A stretch of 58,122 bases of DNA, the filler included, from Jimgerdemannia flammicorona (Eukaryota), in the NCBI GenBank assembly GCA_003990765.1. It is 3 parts of 3 records of this genome, joined end to end, with 100 filler letters (N's around TTAATTAATTAA, not from the genome) between each part and the next. Parts side by side here need not be neighbours in the genome. Positions count along the whole stretch, not along the records: positions 1 to 19,309 come from RBNJ01001972.1; 2 more parts are not named here. One strand, written 5' to 3'. The position numbers were made by a program, and so were the translations under genes. Position 1 is the stretch's first letter. Each line of letters begins with the position of its first letter. The notes below the pieces were generated by a model, which did no database searches, was not told the origin of the DNA, and saw nothing but the letters and a program-made list of their open reading frames with translations. Below are positions 1 to 12,889 of the stretch, piece by piece.

Positions 1-439
1 AAAAAAAAAAAAAAAAGGGCAGATACTAACAAAGAGAAATATATCACTATGCAATATTACAGAAAGTAAGTTATTGAGATTATAGTTAAGTATAGAATAT
101 ATATCAAAGCAATAAATAAGATAGAAGAGACTTTATTACTCAAAGCTATAGAGAGAGGATAAGATGTGAAATTATTTACAGTTGAGCTCAGATGAATATC
201 AATACTATAAATAGAGAGAGAGTATACAATGCTAGTAGAGAAATAATAACAATTCTAAAGATATAATTAGATGGATACTACTATATAATAGTATAAAGAA
301 AGGATATATTAAGATTATAAGACTATTTACTAAGTATAGAATAGATATCAGAGTCAAGGATAAGAGAGAAAAGATACTGCTATATAATATTACAGAGAGA
401 GAGTATGTTAATATTATGAGACTGCTGAATACAAGATAG

Positions 440-1557
440 TATAATGTGCCTGGCTCAATAGAGGCAAATTACAAGGTTGGGGATTGATATAGTTTGGCTT
501 AAGCCCCTAGTTACTTTGTCAAAAAGCAATAAAATATTCTATAATTCCTAAGGTCCTTGGTGTTTAATAGTATAATAGTCAAAGCTGAATATCTACAAAT
601 GATTTGTATGTCAATTTTCTAATTGGGATGGTTCTCTGGATGTAGTAGTGATTTGTATATCTTTCCCTTCTTGGGTCAACTGGGAATGCCACAATTTTAT
701 ATAGCAAGACAATCTCCAAAAGTATGTGATTTCTGGTGTAACGATCTCTGCATAATGATCCTGTATAGTATAAGTGGATTCTGGGAATTGTGCTGGCAGT
801 GGATTCTTCTCGGGCTCACTGAGAATAACAAGTAACTTAGATATCATGGATTACTTAGACTCTCTGGGAATAATACTCAGGAGGTGCAGATTCTGGGAAT
901 GTAGATAACTCGAAAGTGGTAGATGATGTGGATTCTCCGGAATCAGCAGGCTTCTGGGAAATAACTCAGATAGTGCAGATTCTTCTGAATCAGCAGCTTC
1001 AACTGGGAAATGGTGGTGAAGTTCTTCCTTGAACTTGGGTGGCAAACTTCAGACTTATCTGATAAGCGAATCAAAAAACATAGTGGCTTATTCCTTAAGT
1101 AGCAGATTTCTCTTCAAAAGACAGCAAAGTTCTTCCTTGAACTTGGCAGCAAATCTTCAAGCTTTGTATCAGAAAGTGGACTGGAGTGGGGAAATAAGCT
1201 CACAATCTCCTAGTAGTGGCTATAGAGTTCCTCTTAAAGTATGGTAGGCAGACTTATATTTTGCTTCAATTTTGGACTGAGGTTTATTCACTCTTATCTC
1301 TGGGGTAATTTATACAAGTTGGTTGCTATCTGGTTGCTATATAGCTAACTATAGATTTGCTACTTATAGCAGGTTGTGCAGGTCCTATATAGGTGTACAG
1401 ATTCTGTATAGATATATCTTATCTGGTAGTCTGGCTATTTATACAGTTTCCACAGCAATGATTGCTGGTTACTATGCTGTATATTCATATCATCTGACTA
1501 ATTGTTTATGTCATCTAGCTAAGGTATAATTTGAGTGGTATGTCTTGGTTTGTTACA
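440..1557 (-). mobile_element. Solo LTR (Ty3/Gypsy-type), family D
   Basis: Termini TATAAT (decayed TGTAAT) ... TGTTACA with ATAG directly on both sides (4-bp TSD). Minus-strand AACTTGTATAAAT TATA motif at ~1308-1322. An inverted homolog of its left half lies at 39500-40120. Confidence 0.8.
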
Positions 1558-1900
1558 ATAGATTTCAATACTAATAATAAGAAGTAAAAGATACTACTGC
1601 ACAATACTATAAAGTTGATATTATAAAGTTATCTATAAGTAAACTTAGTACTAATGTAAGCTAAAAATAATAGTCAGATACTAATAAACCAGCTATTAAG
1701 TATAGTAGTTATAAGATAGAATTTATTACTAAAAAATATTATAAGTATATAATCTGTATAAACTTTAATTTTTAATAACTAATAATATCATAATAATATA
1801 TATAATACTTCCTAATATATATAGAAATATTACTTATAGATGAAATAGCAATTCTTAGAACTATACTTTATACAATAGCTATACTTATAAAAGTAGCTAT

Positions 1901-2383
1901 TATGACAGTTGATCTAAATTAGTAGTATAAATCAGAGGAATAAGACATTTGATCGCAGTATCTGAATCCAATTCCCAAATATAGTATAGCCCAGATAGCA
2001 GTCATTTCACAAATGTTAAAGTTTTCATAAATGTTAAACTATTCACAGATGTTAAACTCTTCAATGATTGTTAAAGATTTAATAGATATCAAGGATTTAA
2101 CACTTGTGAAAGAAATGACTCATAAAAAACATAGTCATAACTTAGCCATCTTATAGCTAGCGAAACTTGTATAAATAACCCAATATCTTAGAGTGAATAA
2201 AGCCTCAGATCGAAATAGTTTAAAAGCAAAGAGATAGCAAAGGAACTAGTAAGCCTATGGGCAGATACACTTCAAACTCATCTACCCCTACAACTCCAAA
2301 GACTCTGCAAGAGTCAGAACAGTCAAGTATTCAAGATACAGAAGTCCAACTTACTTTCAAGAGTAAGTATCCACTATATTACA
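1901..2383 (+). mobile_element. Solo LTR, family E
   Basis: Termini TATGAC (decayed TGTGAC) ... ATTACA flanked by CTAT/CTAT. Contains AACTTGTATAAATA (~2164) followed by AATAAA (~2196), as in the other LTRs. Confidence 0.7.
2004..2110. repeat. Degenerate ~18-bp tandem repeat in LTR U3
   Basis: About 5-6 units resembling TTCACAAATGTTAAAG/CT. Confidence 0.65.
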
Positions 2384-3559
2384 CTATTGAGAATAAGAAT
2401 AATCTATTATTTACTAACTAAGTAATAAAATTACTAAGACAGATACTGAGATTTCTACTTCTACAATATTAATTTTAGCCATTAAGGTATTATTATATTA
2501 TAAGCTCTATACTAACTAATATTATAACCAGCTAGATGTTAGAGTCAATTATATATAGATTAGTTTTTATATATAATAATATTAAAATATTAAAAAATAT
2601 TCTAAATAGCTCTCCAAATAATTTAAATTGAACAAACCATTGTTAGTAGTTATTTTCATTTATTTGATTCAAATCAGAAAGCTATTTCCAAATATATAAT
2701 CTGATGATTATTATCTTTCAAATAACTACAACTCACACTTAGAAGAAGTATTATATTTAACTATAAATGATATCTATCTTTGAAATCTCAGTATTCTAAT
2801 TCAAGAGACTTATAAAATACATTATTTGCTCTAAGTAGAATATAATTATATTTTAAAGTCTATTTCATAAAAACTTTCTAGTTTTTTTTTATTTTTTATT
2901 TTTTATTTTTAATTTTTTTTTTACATATTTATATTAGTTATAGTAGCTGTGAAATAAGTATAGCTAGATTACTATAGGTTGTATCATGTGAAAAAAATAT
3001 CAAGCAAAATCTATTACTTATTAGTTCAAATCTCAGATATTTTAAATAAAAGATTATATATAGAAAATATATATAAACTCTGTTTAAATAATTTATTTAA
3101 ACCTAGTATAATTCTATTCCTAATACTATAGATCCAGCAATACTATTATATAATACATATGCTCAAACTCTCTCTCAAATATAATTGAGTCTAGGGCTTA
3201 TAATATTGTCTTTACATACTATAGTATCTCATCTGTTTTACTCTTACTCAAGAGACTCATTAGTTGGTATTGAGAATAACTAAGATTTATATGAAGTTGA
3301 CTATAAAAAAGTCAGTATATATATGCTAAAGGCAGAGTTAATATATAGTAAGAAGCAATAAAAGAAAGAGAGAGAGAAAAAAGAACACTTATGTTATTAT
3401 TATTATTTCATATTAGAATAATAATAATAAAAATAAAAAAAAACTTCAAAATATATTTGCCTATCCTATACCTAAGACCCTCTTACTAGGAATAATCCAA
3501 ATACTACTTAAATGGAAATGTCATAATAGTTTGATATGTATGATAATAGTATTGATTAT

Positions 3560-3950
3560 AGGTTTATTTAATATTCAAAATAAATCAAATTAAATCAAAT
3601 TTACCCCCAATTCAATTCAATTCAAAATATTTAAATTAAATTATAAGTTAATTTGATTTAAAGTCTAATTTGAATCTAATTTTTCAAAATTTAATAACTC
3701 AACCAAAACAATATCTAAATTTAATAAAGTTTAACTTGTTTAATAAGCCTTATGATAGAGAATTTAGTATAATAAAAAATATTAAATTTGGACATATTTC
3801 TATTGAGTTATTATATTTTGAATTTGGGATAAATATTTTAAATTAAATCAAATCAGACCTCAATTTAATTTAATTTAAATTCAAAAATCTCCAATTAAAT
3901 TTAATTCAAATAACTCTCAATTTAATTCAATTTATTTGAGAATATTAGGT
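3560..3950. repeat. AT-rich array of short repeats with imperfect inverted ends (possible MITE or DNA-transposon end)
   Basis: Repeated AATTC/AAATC pentamers; 3570-3595 is roughly the reverse complement of 3919-3946. Confidence 0.3.
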
Positions 3951-3974
3951 TTATTATTCTTAGATCTTATATAT

Positions 3975-4457
3975 TGTCATATAGTGATTACTGAGTTCTT
4001 CAAATATGTCAGATTTTCTTCAAGGTGTATCTTTTAAACTAACCACAAGTTTATTATAAACAAGTTCTTATTGAAGTGCCTTCTTAAGGTCTTATAGTCC
4101 TCAAACTTATCTTTAAACTATCTTGTTATCTCTTAGATTACTTGTATAGAATTGAGTATAAGTAAACTGAAACTGACTTTATTTCAAAGGAAATAAGAGA
4201 GGTATTTATATAAAATATAATTCAATGGTTACTAAGTTATAAAGCTAAATATAAATTTCAATAACCAAATAAAATACTGAAATACAGAAAACTATAGTTA
4301 TAAGTACAAATTCAAGTATCTGTATAAATGGTTATATAAGTTCAAAATACCAGTAGATTTCAGTATTATCAAAAACTTAGGTACCAATCTTATAAAGAGT
4401 CTAGAGTTAGTAATAGATAATTTGTTACTTAGTGACAATCAAATTATTACTATTATA
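3975..4457 (-). mobile_element. Decayed LTR, short relative of the 45838-47386 LTR
   Basis: 3975-~4290 aligns to the reverse complement of ~47080-47386, starting at TGTCA. The right end TTACTATTATA resembles a decayed TCACCATTACA. No clean TSD. Confidence 0.7.
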
Positions 4458-4559
4458 TATAATAATACTAATAATAATAATACTCTGTTTGAGAATCTCT
4501 ATTATCTGCTTACTCATATATACTTTTTTTAGATATATATTAAATCTCATCATTTATAA

Positions 4560-5290
4560 TACTCTTGGTTTTATTAATGAGCTCATTGAAAAACTATGAG
4601 AATTGATAAAGAAGATCAAAAATTCAGTACAATTATAAGTACAACTGGTGAAAGTCTGTGAATCTTCTGGAATTTCTATTTTGAAGTCTCTCTTAGATAT
4701 TAAAATAAGATATATAAAATATTAGTACATTTTTTAGATAAGATTTCAAACCTATTTGTATAGATTTCAAATATAATTTAAAATATAATTCAGAAGTATT
4801 TTAGTATTAAATAAATTAATATTATATCTAAATAGAGTTTAGATATATTATGTACTATAGATAAATAACTAAGTGATATATCTGAAAATACATAGTAATA
4901 ATTTGAATTGATTTGCCAATTTCTTAAGTCTTTTATCAAGGTGATAACTATAATATTAACTTAAAAGTATCCTATAATAGTAGCTATTATTGATACATAT
5001 TGAACTGGTGAATATTTTAATTAGGTATATGTATAATTTTGAAAGTAATTTTATTTATAAATTTAGAAACTAATTTAGTAAGTAATTGAAAAGTAATATA
5101 TATATATTTTAATTTTAATTTTAATTTTTTTATAGATAATACTTAATGCTACTAAGAATATATATACCAAACTTCTAAAGTATTACTATAAGATAACACT
5201 TTATATTATAGCTTCAGCCTTAGATCTATATATAAATATATATTATTTTTGTTATAAGAAATAGAAAAAAAAAATCCTTAATTGATGAAT
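4560..5290 (+). pseudogene. hAT transposase relic (heavily mutated)
   Basis: Residual peptides IEKL*ELIKKIKNSVQ, LLDIKIR (LDVxTRW) and YIIASALDL (xxLDPRxK). Very AT-rich with many stops. Confidence 0.55.
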
Positions 5291-5309
5291 GAAAGAATCA
5301 GAAGGAAGA

Positions 5310-6600
5310 ATTTACCCAGTATTTTATATATTTCAACTTCAGTCATATACTTCAAATATCTTTAAAGAAAGAACTATACTATCTCTAGATTTAGTAATTA
5401 TTGATCAGCAACTAGAATATAAAGTATATGACATCTTGGATTACAAGGATTGCTAATTTGAATAAGCTACTAAGTCTACCTAATACTATCTTATAAAATG
5501 GAAAAAATATCCCAAGTATAATACTATCTAGAAAAAGGAAGACAATCTTTTACCAAATACAGAAGAAGTAGTAATCTAATATAGATATCTAGTATAATAA
5601 AATTCTGATAGAATTTTCAAAAGACAGTTATATCTCTAAATAACTCTAGTGAAGAAAAGTATAAATATCCAAAAAAAATTCTATATAGATAATCTACTCC
5701 CCCCAATATAAGTATCTAGTAATAATACTGAGAATAAGTTAAGAACAAAATGCTACTACTATCTTTAGAGTAATCAAATATTAATAGAACTTTACTGAAC
5801 TACTATTTATTAACATACAAATTACTAGAGACTCTGACCCAAATGAAGCTTAACTATATCTTAGAAGGATCTAATACTTCTAGACTTTTTGCTACTAATA
5901 AAAACTTAAGGAGTACTATGAGATAAGATTCCTCATTTATCAATAAGCTATCCTCAGTACCACTAAACAATGAGCTCATCTTTTCATTGATAACTATACT
6001 TATATAGTTGCTAAAAGACTCTATGTCCTTTTCTGCATTCAACCCCAAGTTCTTAATTATCTCTATAAAGTATCTCTTAAGAATATTGTCAATTTGAGTA
6101 ATTAATAATAGAGCAAAATTGTTTTCAAGTAGTCTAGTATACTGTCCTTCAATTTAATAAGTATCCAGAGTTTAGTACTGAGTCTAATAAGTAGACTCAA
6201 GCAAAGAAGAGAAAAATATAATAAATCATTACATATATCTATAAGCCTCTGAAAATTCCTATAGAAATTCCTATAGAAATTTCTACAGAATTTCTAACTA
6301 GTAGTCATAGTTACTCAAAGTAGTATAGATATATCCAGTATACTATATTTAGTCATAGTCTTCAAATATGTATAAATACTCTTTATATGAGTATATTGTA
6401 ATATTAGCTCTACTTTATCTAAATATAAGAATCAAGTAGTATTCTTATTACAAAATTCTCAGATCTAACTTATTAATAATTCTGAGTCTGATCAACTTAG
6501 AATATAAGTACAATACTTCCACTAGTACAAGAATCTGAAAGTGATACCTGAACTCTGCTATAATAAGTAATTAGAACTTTTTACTTTCTCAAAAACTTAG
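5310..6600 (+). mobile_element. Gypsy 3' relic, family C: integrase C-terminus/chromodomain plus downstream accessory ORF
   Basis: IYPVFYIFQLQ (IHPVFHVSQL), EYKVYDILDY and YLIKWKKYPKYNTI*KKE are chromodomain-region remnants. GTATAAATATCC at 5659 precedes KEYYEIRFL...VAKRLYVLFCIQPQVLNYLYKVSLKNIVNLS. Confidence 0.75.
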
Positions 6601-6699
6601 GACTTAGGGCTGATAGTTATCTTTAATTATCTGTAATATATTAATTCTATCAATATATAGTTTTATTATACTAGTTTATGAATATTATCTAGTAAAATG

Positions 6700-7170
6700 A
6701 AAAGATTATTTCAAATATAATACTATTTGAGAAAAAGAAGATATCTTCTATCAAATATAGAAAAAGTAGTAATCTAATATAAATATATAGTATAATAGAA
6801 ATATTATATTTCTAATAAGACAAATATAAAATACTCTTAAACATTATATAAATAACTTACTAATAATATAAATAACTAATAAAAACACTAAGAACAAATT
6901 GAGAATAAGATTGCTATATTATTCTTATAACTATTAAATAGTAATAAATCTCTACTAAATTGTCTTCTATCAATATATAAATTTCTGAAAGTCTGAATCC
7001 AAATGAAGCCTAATAATATCTTGGAAAAATTTAATACTTTCAAGCTTTCTACTATCAACAAGAACTGAAAGAATATTATGAAATAGAATAAATTATCTAC
7101 TAACAAACTACTCTCAGTAAGGCTAAATAGCTATCTTGCCTTTTTATCAATAACTATATCTATTGTGATA
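6700..7170 (+). mobile_element. Second truncated copy of the family C 3' region
   Basis: Colinear nucleotide similarity to ~5500-6010 (chromodomain end, TATA, start of the accessory ORF). Confidence 0.7.
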
Positions 7171-7224
7171 AGCAATAGAATTATCTCACTAAAATCATAA
7201 ATTAGTCATATACCTAGTACTCTG

Positions 7225-7481
7225 AATGAGTCAATTTAAATTACTCATCTGAACTACCTTATCTGAATTATCCCATTCAAACCACTCAATCCAAATCACT
7301 TAATCTAAATTACTCAATCCAAATCACTCAATCTGAATTACTCAATCTAAATCCTCCAATTAAAATCCTCCAATTCAAATCCTCTAATTCAAATCCTTCA
7401 ATCTGAATCCTCATCTGAATCCTTCAACCAAATCCTCCAATCTAAATTCTCTAATCTGAATCCTCCAATCCAAATCCTCCA
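7225..7481. repeat. ~15-bp tandem subterminal repeat (AATCCAAATCCTCC-like)
   Basis: About 16 degenerate units immediately upstream of the transposase. Confidence 0.85.
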
Positions 7482-7599
7482 CATAACTTATATATCAGAC
7501 ACATTTATATATACAATATATATACATACAAATATATATACAAATACACATGCATGCATATGCAAACATATATTGACAGATCAGTCTTTAATAGTTCAC

Positions 7600-10163
7600 A
7601 GTACTGATGATGCTTCAAGTCAAACATCTCCAATAGTTCCACACTTTCCATGTAATCCTTGCTCCAAAATCTGGTAACATTGTGCTAAGACAAGAGATGA
7701 TGTTATTTGTAACTATTGCAGATAAAAAATTTTTAAAAAAAAAGAAGATACATCTATGATATAACTGATACTTTGGTTTGATATATACATGATACTGTTT
7801 TATCCACCTCTATAAACTACACAGCCAGAAGTTCAAAATACTTAGTAGTTCAACTTTGAATATATATTGATACATAAAAGACAAGTACTCTGACAAAATC
7901 AAAAAGAACATAAAGATAAATAAAATTGATATCCAAGCTATAGTGGATATGTTTATCTAATTGTCTGACTATTTCTGTATCAATAACCCCATTTAATCAA
8001 AAATATTTAGCTATACTCTTTGGCAGAATTTCGAAATCAGCTCATTTACTGGATTGTGTATACAGACCAACTATTCACAACTATTGAGAGTGATCAATTA
8101 CATAGTATCTTTGGCCTTCTCAAGCATGATTTATATTTGCCAAGTACCAATACTATTTGCAAAGATATCCTGGAGGCCTATAGGAAGAAGCATGATAATC
8201 TCCACCAGATACTTTAGGTAAAATAAATAAATAAGAGCAGCACTATGACCTTTATAAGCTAAATTATATATATATATTTATAAAGAGCTCACCAATTTAA
8301 TCTCATATTTAATAAGTAGAATTTGGCAGGCAAAATTTCATTTATAATTAATACATGAATATCTCCCAATGTAATTTCATTTCTGGGCATTACTGATCAT
8401 TGGATTGACCTTGATTGGCAGCTTAAATCTCTCACCCTTGACTTCATCAAACTTACTGGCCCTCATTCTGGAGACAATATTACAGATGCTTTTATTAGTT
8501 ATATCCAGGAGCTTGGGATTACAACTAAGGTAAAAAAGAGAGGCTTACCATCAGGTCAGTATTTTGAAGGAGATCCTAAACAAAATAGATTTTATTAGTT
8601 ATTTATTTTTACATAAATCTGCTGACCAAATATTTCAAGTACAGATTTTGACCATTATGACAGATAATACTACAAATAACTCAATATTTTTCCAAGTTTT
8701 AGCAGCCAGTCTCAAACAGGAAAATGTGGCCTTCAGTATAGAAAGCTACCATATATAATGCCAGGCTCACATACTGAACCTCACTGTTCAGGACTATCTT
8801 ATATATGTAGACAAAACATCTGAGAGAAGAGAGGCCCTGAGTATAGTTTCCAAGCTGCACAAACTGGTTGTGTTGGTCTGATTGTCCCTATAACAACAAG
8901 ACAAATTCACTGTACAGTATAGAGCAATCTATTAGATGTCTATATGTGTTGGAACTCAACATTTGCAATGATCCAGTATGCTCTGGAGTTTGCTATAGTA
9001 TGCATTCTTTATTCTTTGGTCAGCTGAAGCAACTTGTTTTAGATGATTAAAGTTTTTTTTTTAAAAACAAAAAACAAAAAACAAAACAAAAAAAGCCAAT
9101 AGATTCCATGGTAGCTACCAATAAGAAAATGCAGGGTAAGGCTCTAGGTGAAAGCAAGTGGGATATACTTAGAAATATTGTCAGAGTTTTGGAAGTAAGT
9201 GGTAATTGCTCTGACCTCACAGTCATTTTGTCTACCTCAGGACAATGTAATATCTCACCACACATAACTGCCAGTATTTCAATAATTGTACAAAGGATAT
9301 AGTCTAACAAATGATCTCAACAATAAGCTCTGCAATACCAATATATAACCTTCTGATTGACTGGCTAGAGGATAAGCTTGAGGATAGGCTGGAGGGTTAC
9401 AGTGATTTATAGTTAAGCCCAGATCAGAGAGATGCCATAGAGGTTGCTCTATGCAAGCTCAGAAAATACTACTTTAAAACAGATATCACTGTATACTCAA
9501 TCAGTATAGATATGTCGGTATATGGCTATTTTCTCTTCCAAAAACAGAGAAACTTTGCAAAAACTCACTCTCTTTCTCTGAATAGTGCTGGACCTATGCT
9601 TAAAGCTAAAATACCATAAAGATCAGAGCTGAGAGCAGTACTTCATTGAGAGAACCAAGCAGACTATAATTGAAACATATCAGAAAAACTACATATCACT
9701 GCAAGGTTCTAGCCAAAGTCCAGACAAATATGCCAAGGGATCTCTCCTGTCTCACATTTACTTCAACAGAAAGAGGAAGAGGGAGTCATCAGTGAAAGAG
9801 CTGCTGTTAATAGACAAACTTACCATTTATCTCACCAGCAACTGCATGATCCTGCTGAAGGGTGCAGAGGTACTCAACTGGTAGAAGATAGGTTGTCAAA
9901 CAGGTAGTTGGTTGTGTTGGACCAATTTAATCCACCATTCTAACCACTGCTCTACCCACCAGGGTGTATAGCTATATCAAATAGACTTTTCCAGCCTATG
10001 TGATATGGCTTAGAACTATCTGGCAATTCCTGCCTCTAGTGCTCCCATCAAGCAGATGTTCTTAGGTGGAGTGGACCTCATTGCCCCTAAGAGGTATACA
10101 CTGAATACTGAGACAATCCAAATATATATGTGTCTGAAATCTTGGTGGGGCTTAGGCCACTAA
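7600..10163 (+). pseudogene. Intron-containing hAT transposase
   Basis: BED-finger remnant SKIW*HC...CNYC; SFLGITDHWID...LDFIKLTGPHSGDNI; TDNTTNN (DNAxNN); CQAHILNL (CxxH); C-terminal dimerization motif YLAIPASSAPIKQMF. GT-AG introns at 8218-8319 and 8530-8644, with more near 9195, 9510-9585 and 9890-9963. Confidence 0.9.
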
Positions 10164-10259
10164 AATTCAGTGAGTTCTGGAATTTATGGATGAGTTAAAT
10201 TGGCCTTGTAGACTATTTAATACTTCAAAAATAAAAGAGATAAAAAAAACTTAGAACTT

Positions 10260-10875
10260 GGTCCAGAGTTTGCAGCCCAAGTTGGGGCAGTGGTCAGTAG
10301 GGTTGGCAGTGGTAGAAGAAGCATGCAAAATTTGCAGCCCTTTGCCAGCAGTAGGGGCAGCCTCAAGCTATCAGTGCCTGGGTCAGTAGGCAGAGCTGGT
10401 GGGCACAGGGTTAGTAGAGAGAGTGCACAAAATTTGCAGCCCTCTGCCAGCAGCAAGGAGTAGCTTTAAGCTGTAAGTAACTGGGATGGGGGGATAGGTG
10501 GAGGGGGTGGGGTAGACAGAGGGGGCAGGGTAGGTGGAGGGGATGAGGTAGGCAGAGAGAGTACACAAAATTTGCAGCCCTCTGCCAGCAGTAAGGGGCA
10601 GCCCCAAGCTGTCAGTATCTGGGTCAGTGGGCATGGGGTTGGCAGAGAGAGTATGTAAAATTTGTGGCCCTCCACTAGTAGTAAGGGGCAACCCCAAGCT
10701 ATAGTGTTTGGGACAGAGGAATTGGCAGAGAGAGTGCACAAAATTTGCAGCCCTCTGTCAGCTGTATGGAGCACCCCCAAGTAGCCTGTGCCTGGGCCAG
10801 GGGTCAGTGGAGTTGGTGGAGAGAGTGCACAAAATTTGTAGCCCTCTGCTAGCAGTATAGGGGTAACTCCAAGCC
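10260..10875. repeat. ~90-140-bp tandem repeat array (6 units), probably the hAT 3' subterminal region
   Basis: Recurrent core GAGAGTGCACAAAATTTGCAGCCCTCTGCCAGCAG..GGGGCAGCCCCAAG at ~10320, 10420, 10557, 10647, 10731 and 10821. Confidence 0.85.
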
Positions 10876-10879
10876 ACCC

Positions 10880-12830
10880 TACAATTCCATACTCATCTTT
10901 TTGCCAGCAATATCCAGGTTCCTCTCTATTTCAAGCTTATCTGTCTCTCTCTGCTGAGTATCCAGTATTGTCAAGATTTCCTGACATTCTGTACTATCTA
11001 TAGCTTCCATCTCCATTTGATATTCCTTACATACTACCTGCTACTTTGCCAACCCTTTCCTTAGATCTAATATATAAGCAGTCCAATCATTCACAATTGC
11101 CAGAAGTACTGCCTCTCTGTTATTGTCTATTTGATATACCTTCCCTTCCAATAAGGCTGCTATTATCTCATCTTAGAGTTTCCTTGGTATCTCCTCACTA
11201 TGTAGAATTTCAGCTCAGTATCTCTCACTTAGTACCTGAAAGTCCTCCCCCCCCAGCTCCTCTGCCACTATGTTCTCAAGTATTTTCCATAGTCATTTCT
11301 CCTCATCCACTGTCTCCTCAACTCTCTGGGCCACTCTCTTCCCCCTCTCTACCTGCCCACCCTCTGTCTTCCTTTCCACTAACTCATCCCAATTCTCCTC
11401 CAGCACATCCTACAATTCATCCTTACCAGCAGCCCCACCTGACACACTATATTGAGGGTGCTCCCCCTCAACTATCTCTATATCCTTCATGATAACACTC
11501 AACCCAGAGCCACCTCCCTCCCCCTGGATCACTCCTGGAGCTGCTTCCTTCTCTCTAACCCAGGTACTTGCCCTTGATCCAGTATCTTCAGTAGTAGTCC
11601 CCCTGGCTCCCCCTCCTTCCAACTTCCCCAACAGGTCCTTCTGAATATACCTCCCCTGTGCCCTCTCCCAGGCTGTCCAGTCCAGCCTCACCTTCTTACC
11701 ATTCATGGTCTCTACTATAATCTTAGCCTCAAACTTCTTCCAGACCAGTCATCTCCTCTCAACAGCCCCAGCCAGATCTTCCAATGCCTCTAGTAAGTCC
11801 TCTTCCTCTTCCTGCATCCCTTTCACTCTAGAGACTTCACACTTCACTGATCTCTATTTGAGTACCACTGGTTAGTTCCATGCTCTCTCCATATTCTCCT
11901 TGTCTGCCAGCTGTACCCTGATATCTACATCTCCTGTCCTGAACTCCATACCTTCTCAGACCCAAAAACCAACATCTATGATATTCTCATACTTCTTGAT
12001 GGCCTCTACAATCAGTCCCCTGGCTACCTCCTGCAAATACCATAGAAATATCCATTACTATCAACTATACTACTCAGGGGTCTCAACATAAGCACCTGGC
12101 CATTGGGATTGCCACCCCCCCCACTACTACTCCCTTCTCCATCATCTCCAACAGTATATCTTCCTTCTCAAATCTAACCTCCACTCCTTCCAGCTCTTTC
12201 AAAAACTTCACCAAGGCAGCTCCCTTTACCTCCTGGGCCAGAAGCTCCAGAATCATTCTAGCAGTCACTGCTAAGCTCCAGAAATACAATGTAATGGCAA
12301 ATTCTGGCCTCAATTTCTTGAGTAATAGTGTTGCCACCAGGCCCATTATACCATCTGTCAGATCCCCAGGCCTCATGTTCACCCCCTGTTCAGATCTTCC
12401 ATCAATCATCACATCTGGATTTTTTGCCAAATTAGCAGTCTTCTTGCCATCAGCAGTCCTGCTTCCTCCAGCCACTACTTCTCTAGCTCTGCTACCCTTG
12501 CTGCTCTGAGCCACTCCCCCAGACCCAGCAGCCCTTGCCATCTCCTTACCCTTTCTCAGTCAGCCCTTCAGTCCAGACATCAGATGACCTCTCTTCACCT
12601 TATCTGTGAAGCTCATTCTCTTAGTCTCCTGTCCCCCAGTACTGCCTCCTCTCCTTCTATGTCCTCCAGCCAGCAATCCCCACATACTTCCCCCCAAGCT
12701 ATGACTCCTCCCCACATGCTGCCAGTTAAATACACTAGGGCCACCCTGCCCTGCATACACCTTGGAATATTCATCAGTCACCATGTTACTAGTACTTTTT
12801 TTTCAAAAATAAAGTCTTGAGTATTGACAG
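10880..12830 (-). mobile_element. LINE 5' fragment (ORF1 relic)
   Basis: Peptide KGVVVGGVAIPMARCL parallels KGLTVKGIRIGMARCL in the LINE ORF1 at 21914-22684. The 5' end near 12790-12828 resembles 22675-22712. Confidence 0.7.
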
Positions 12831-12889
12831 AAGTTTGTATAACCCAAATGTTATCAGAGAAAAACATATACCATAGTTTGTTGTTTTAC

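Larger units (their letters stand above)
7216..10880 (+). mobile_element. hAT DNA transposon (degenerate; 3' end truncated by a LINE)
   Basis: Transposase pseudogene flanked by two different tandem-repeat arrays. Putative 5' terminus TAGTACTC at 7216; no matching 3' TIR found. Confidence 0.8.

Noticed and set aside
17..439. Possible decayed LINE endonuclease; similarly a possible Tc1/mariner relic at 40500-40990
   Set aside because: Too mutated to recover any diagnostic motif with confidence.
10260..10875. Repeat-spacer-like array resembling CRISPR
   Set aside because: The inter-core segments are related to each other and variable in length, the context is eukaryotic, and there are no cas genes.
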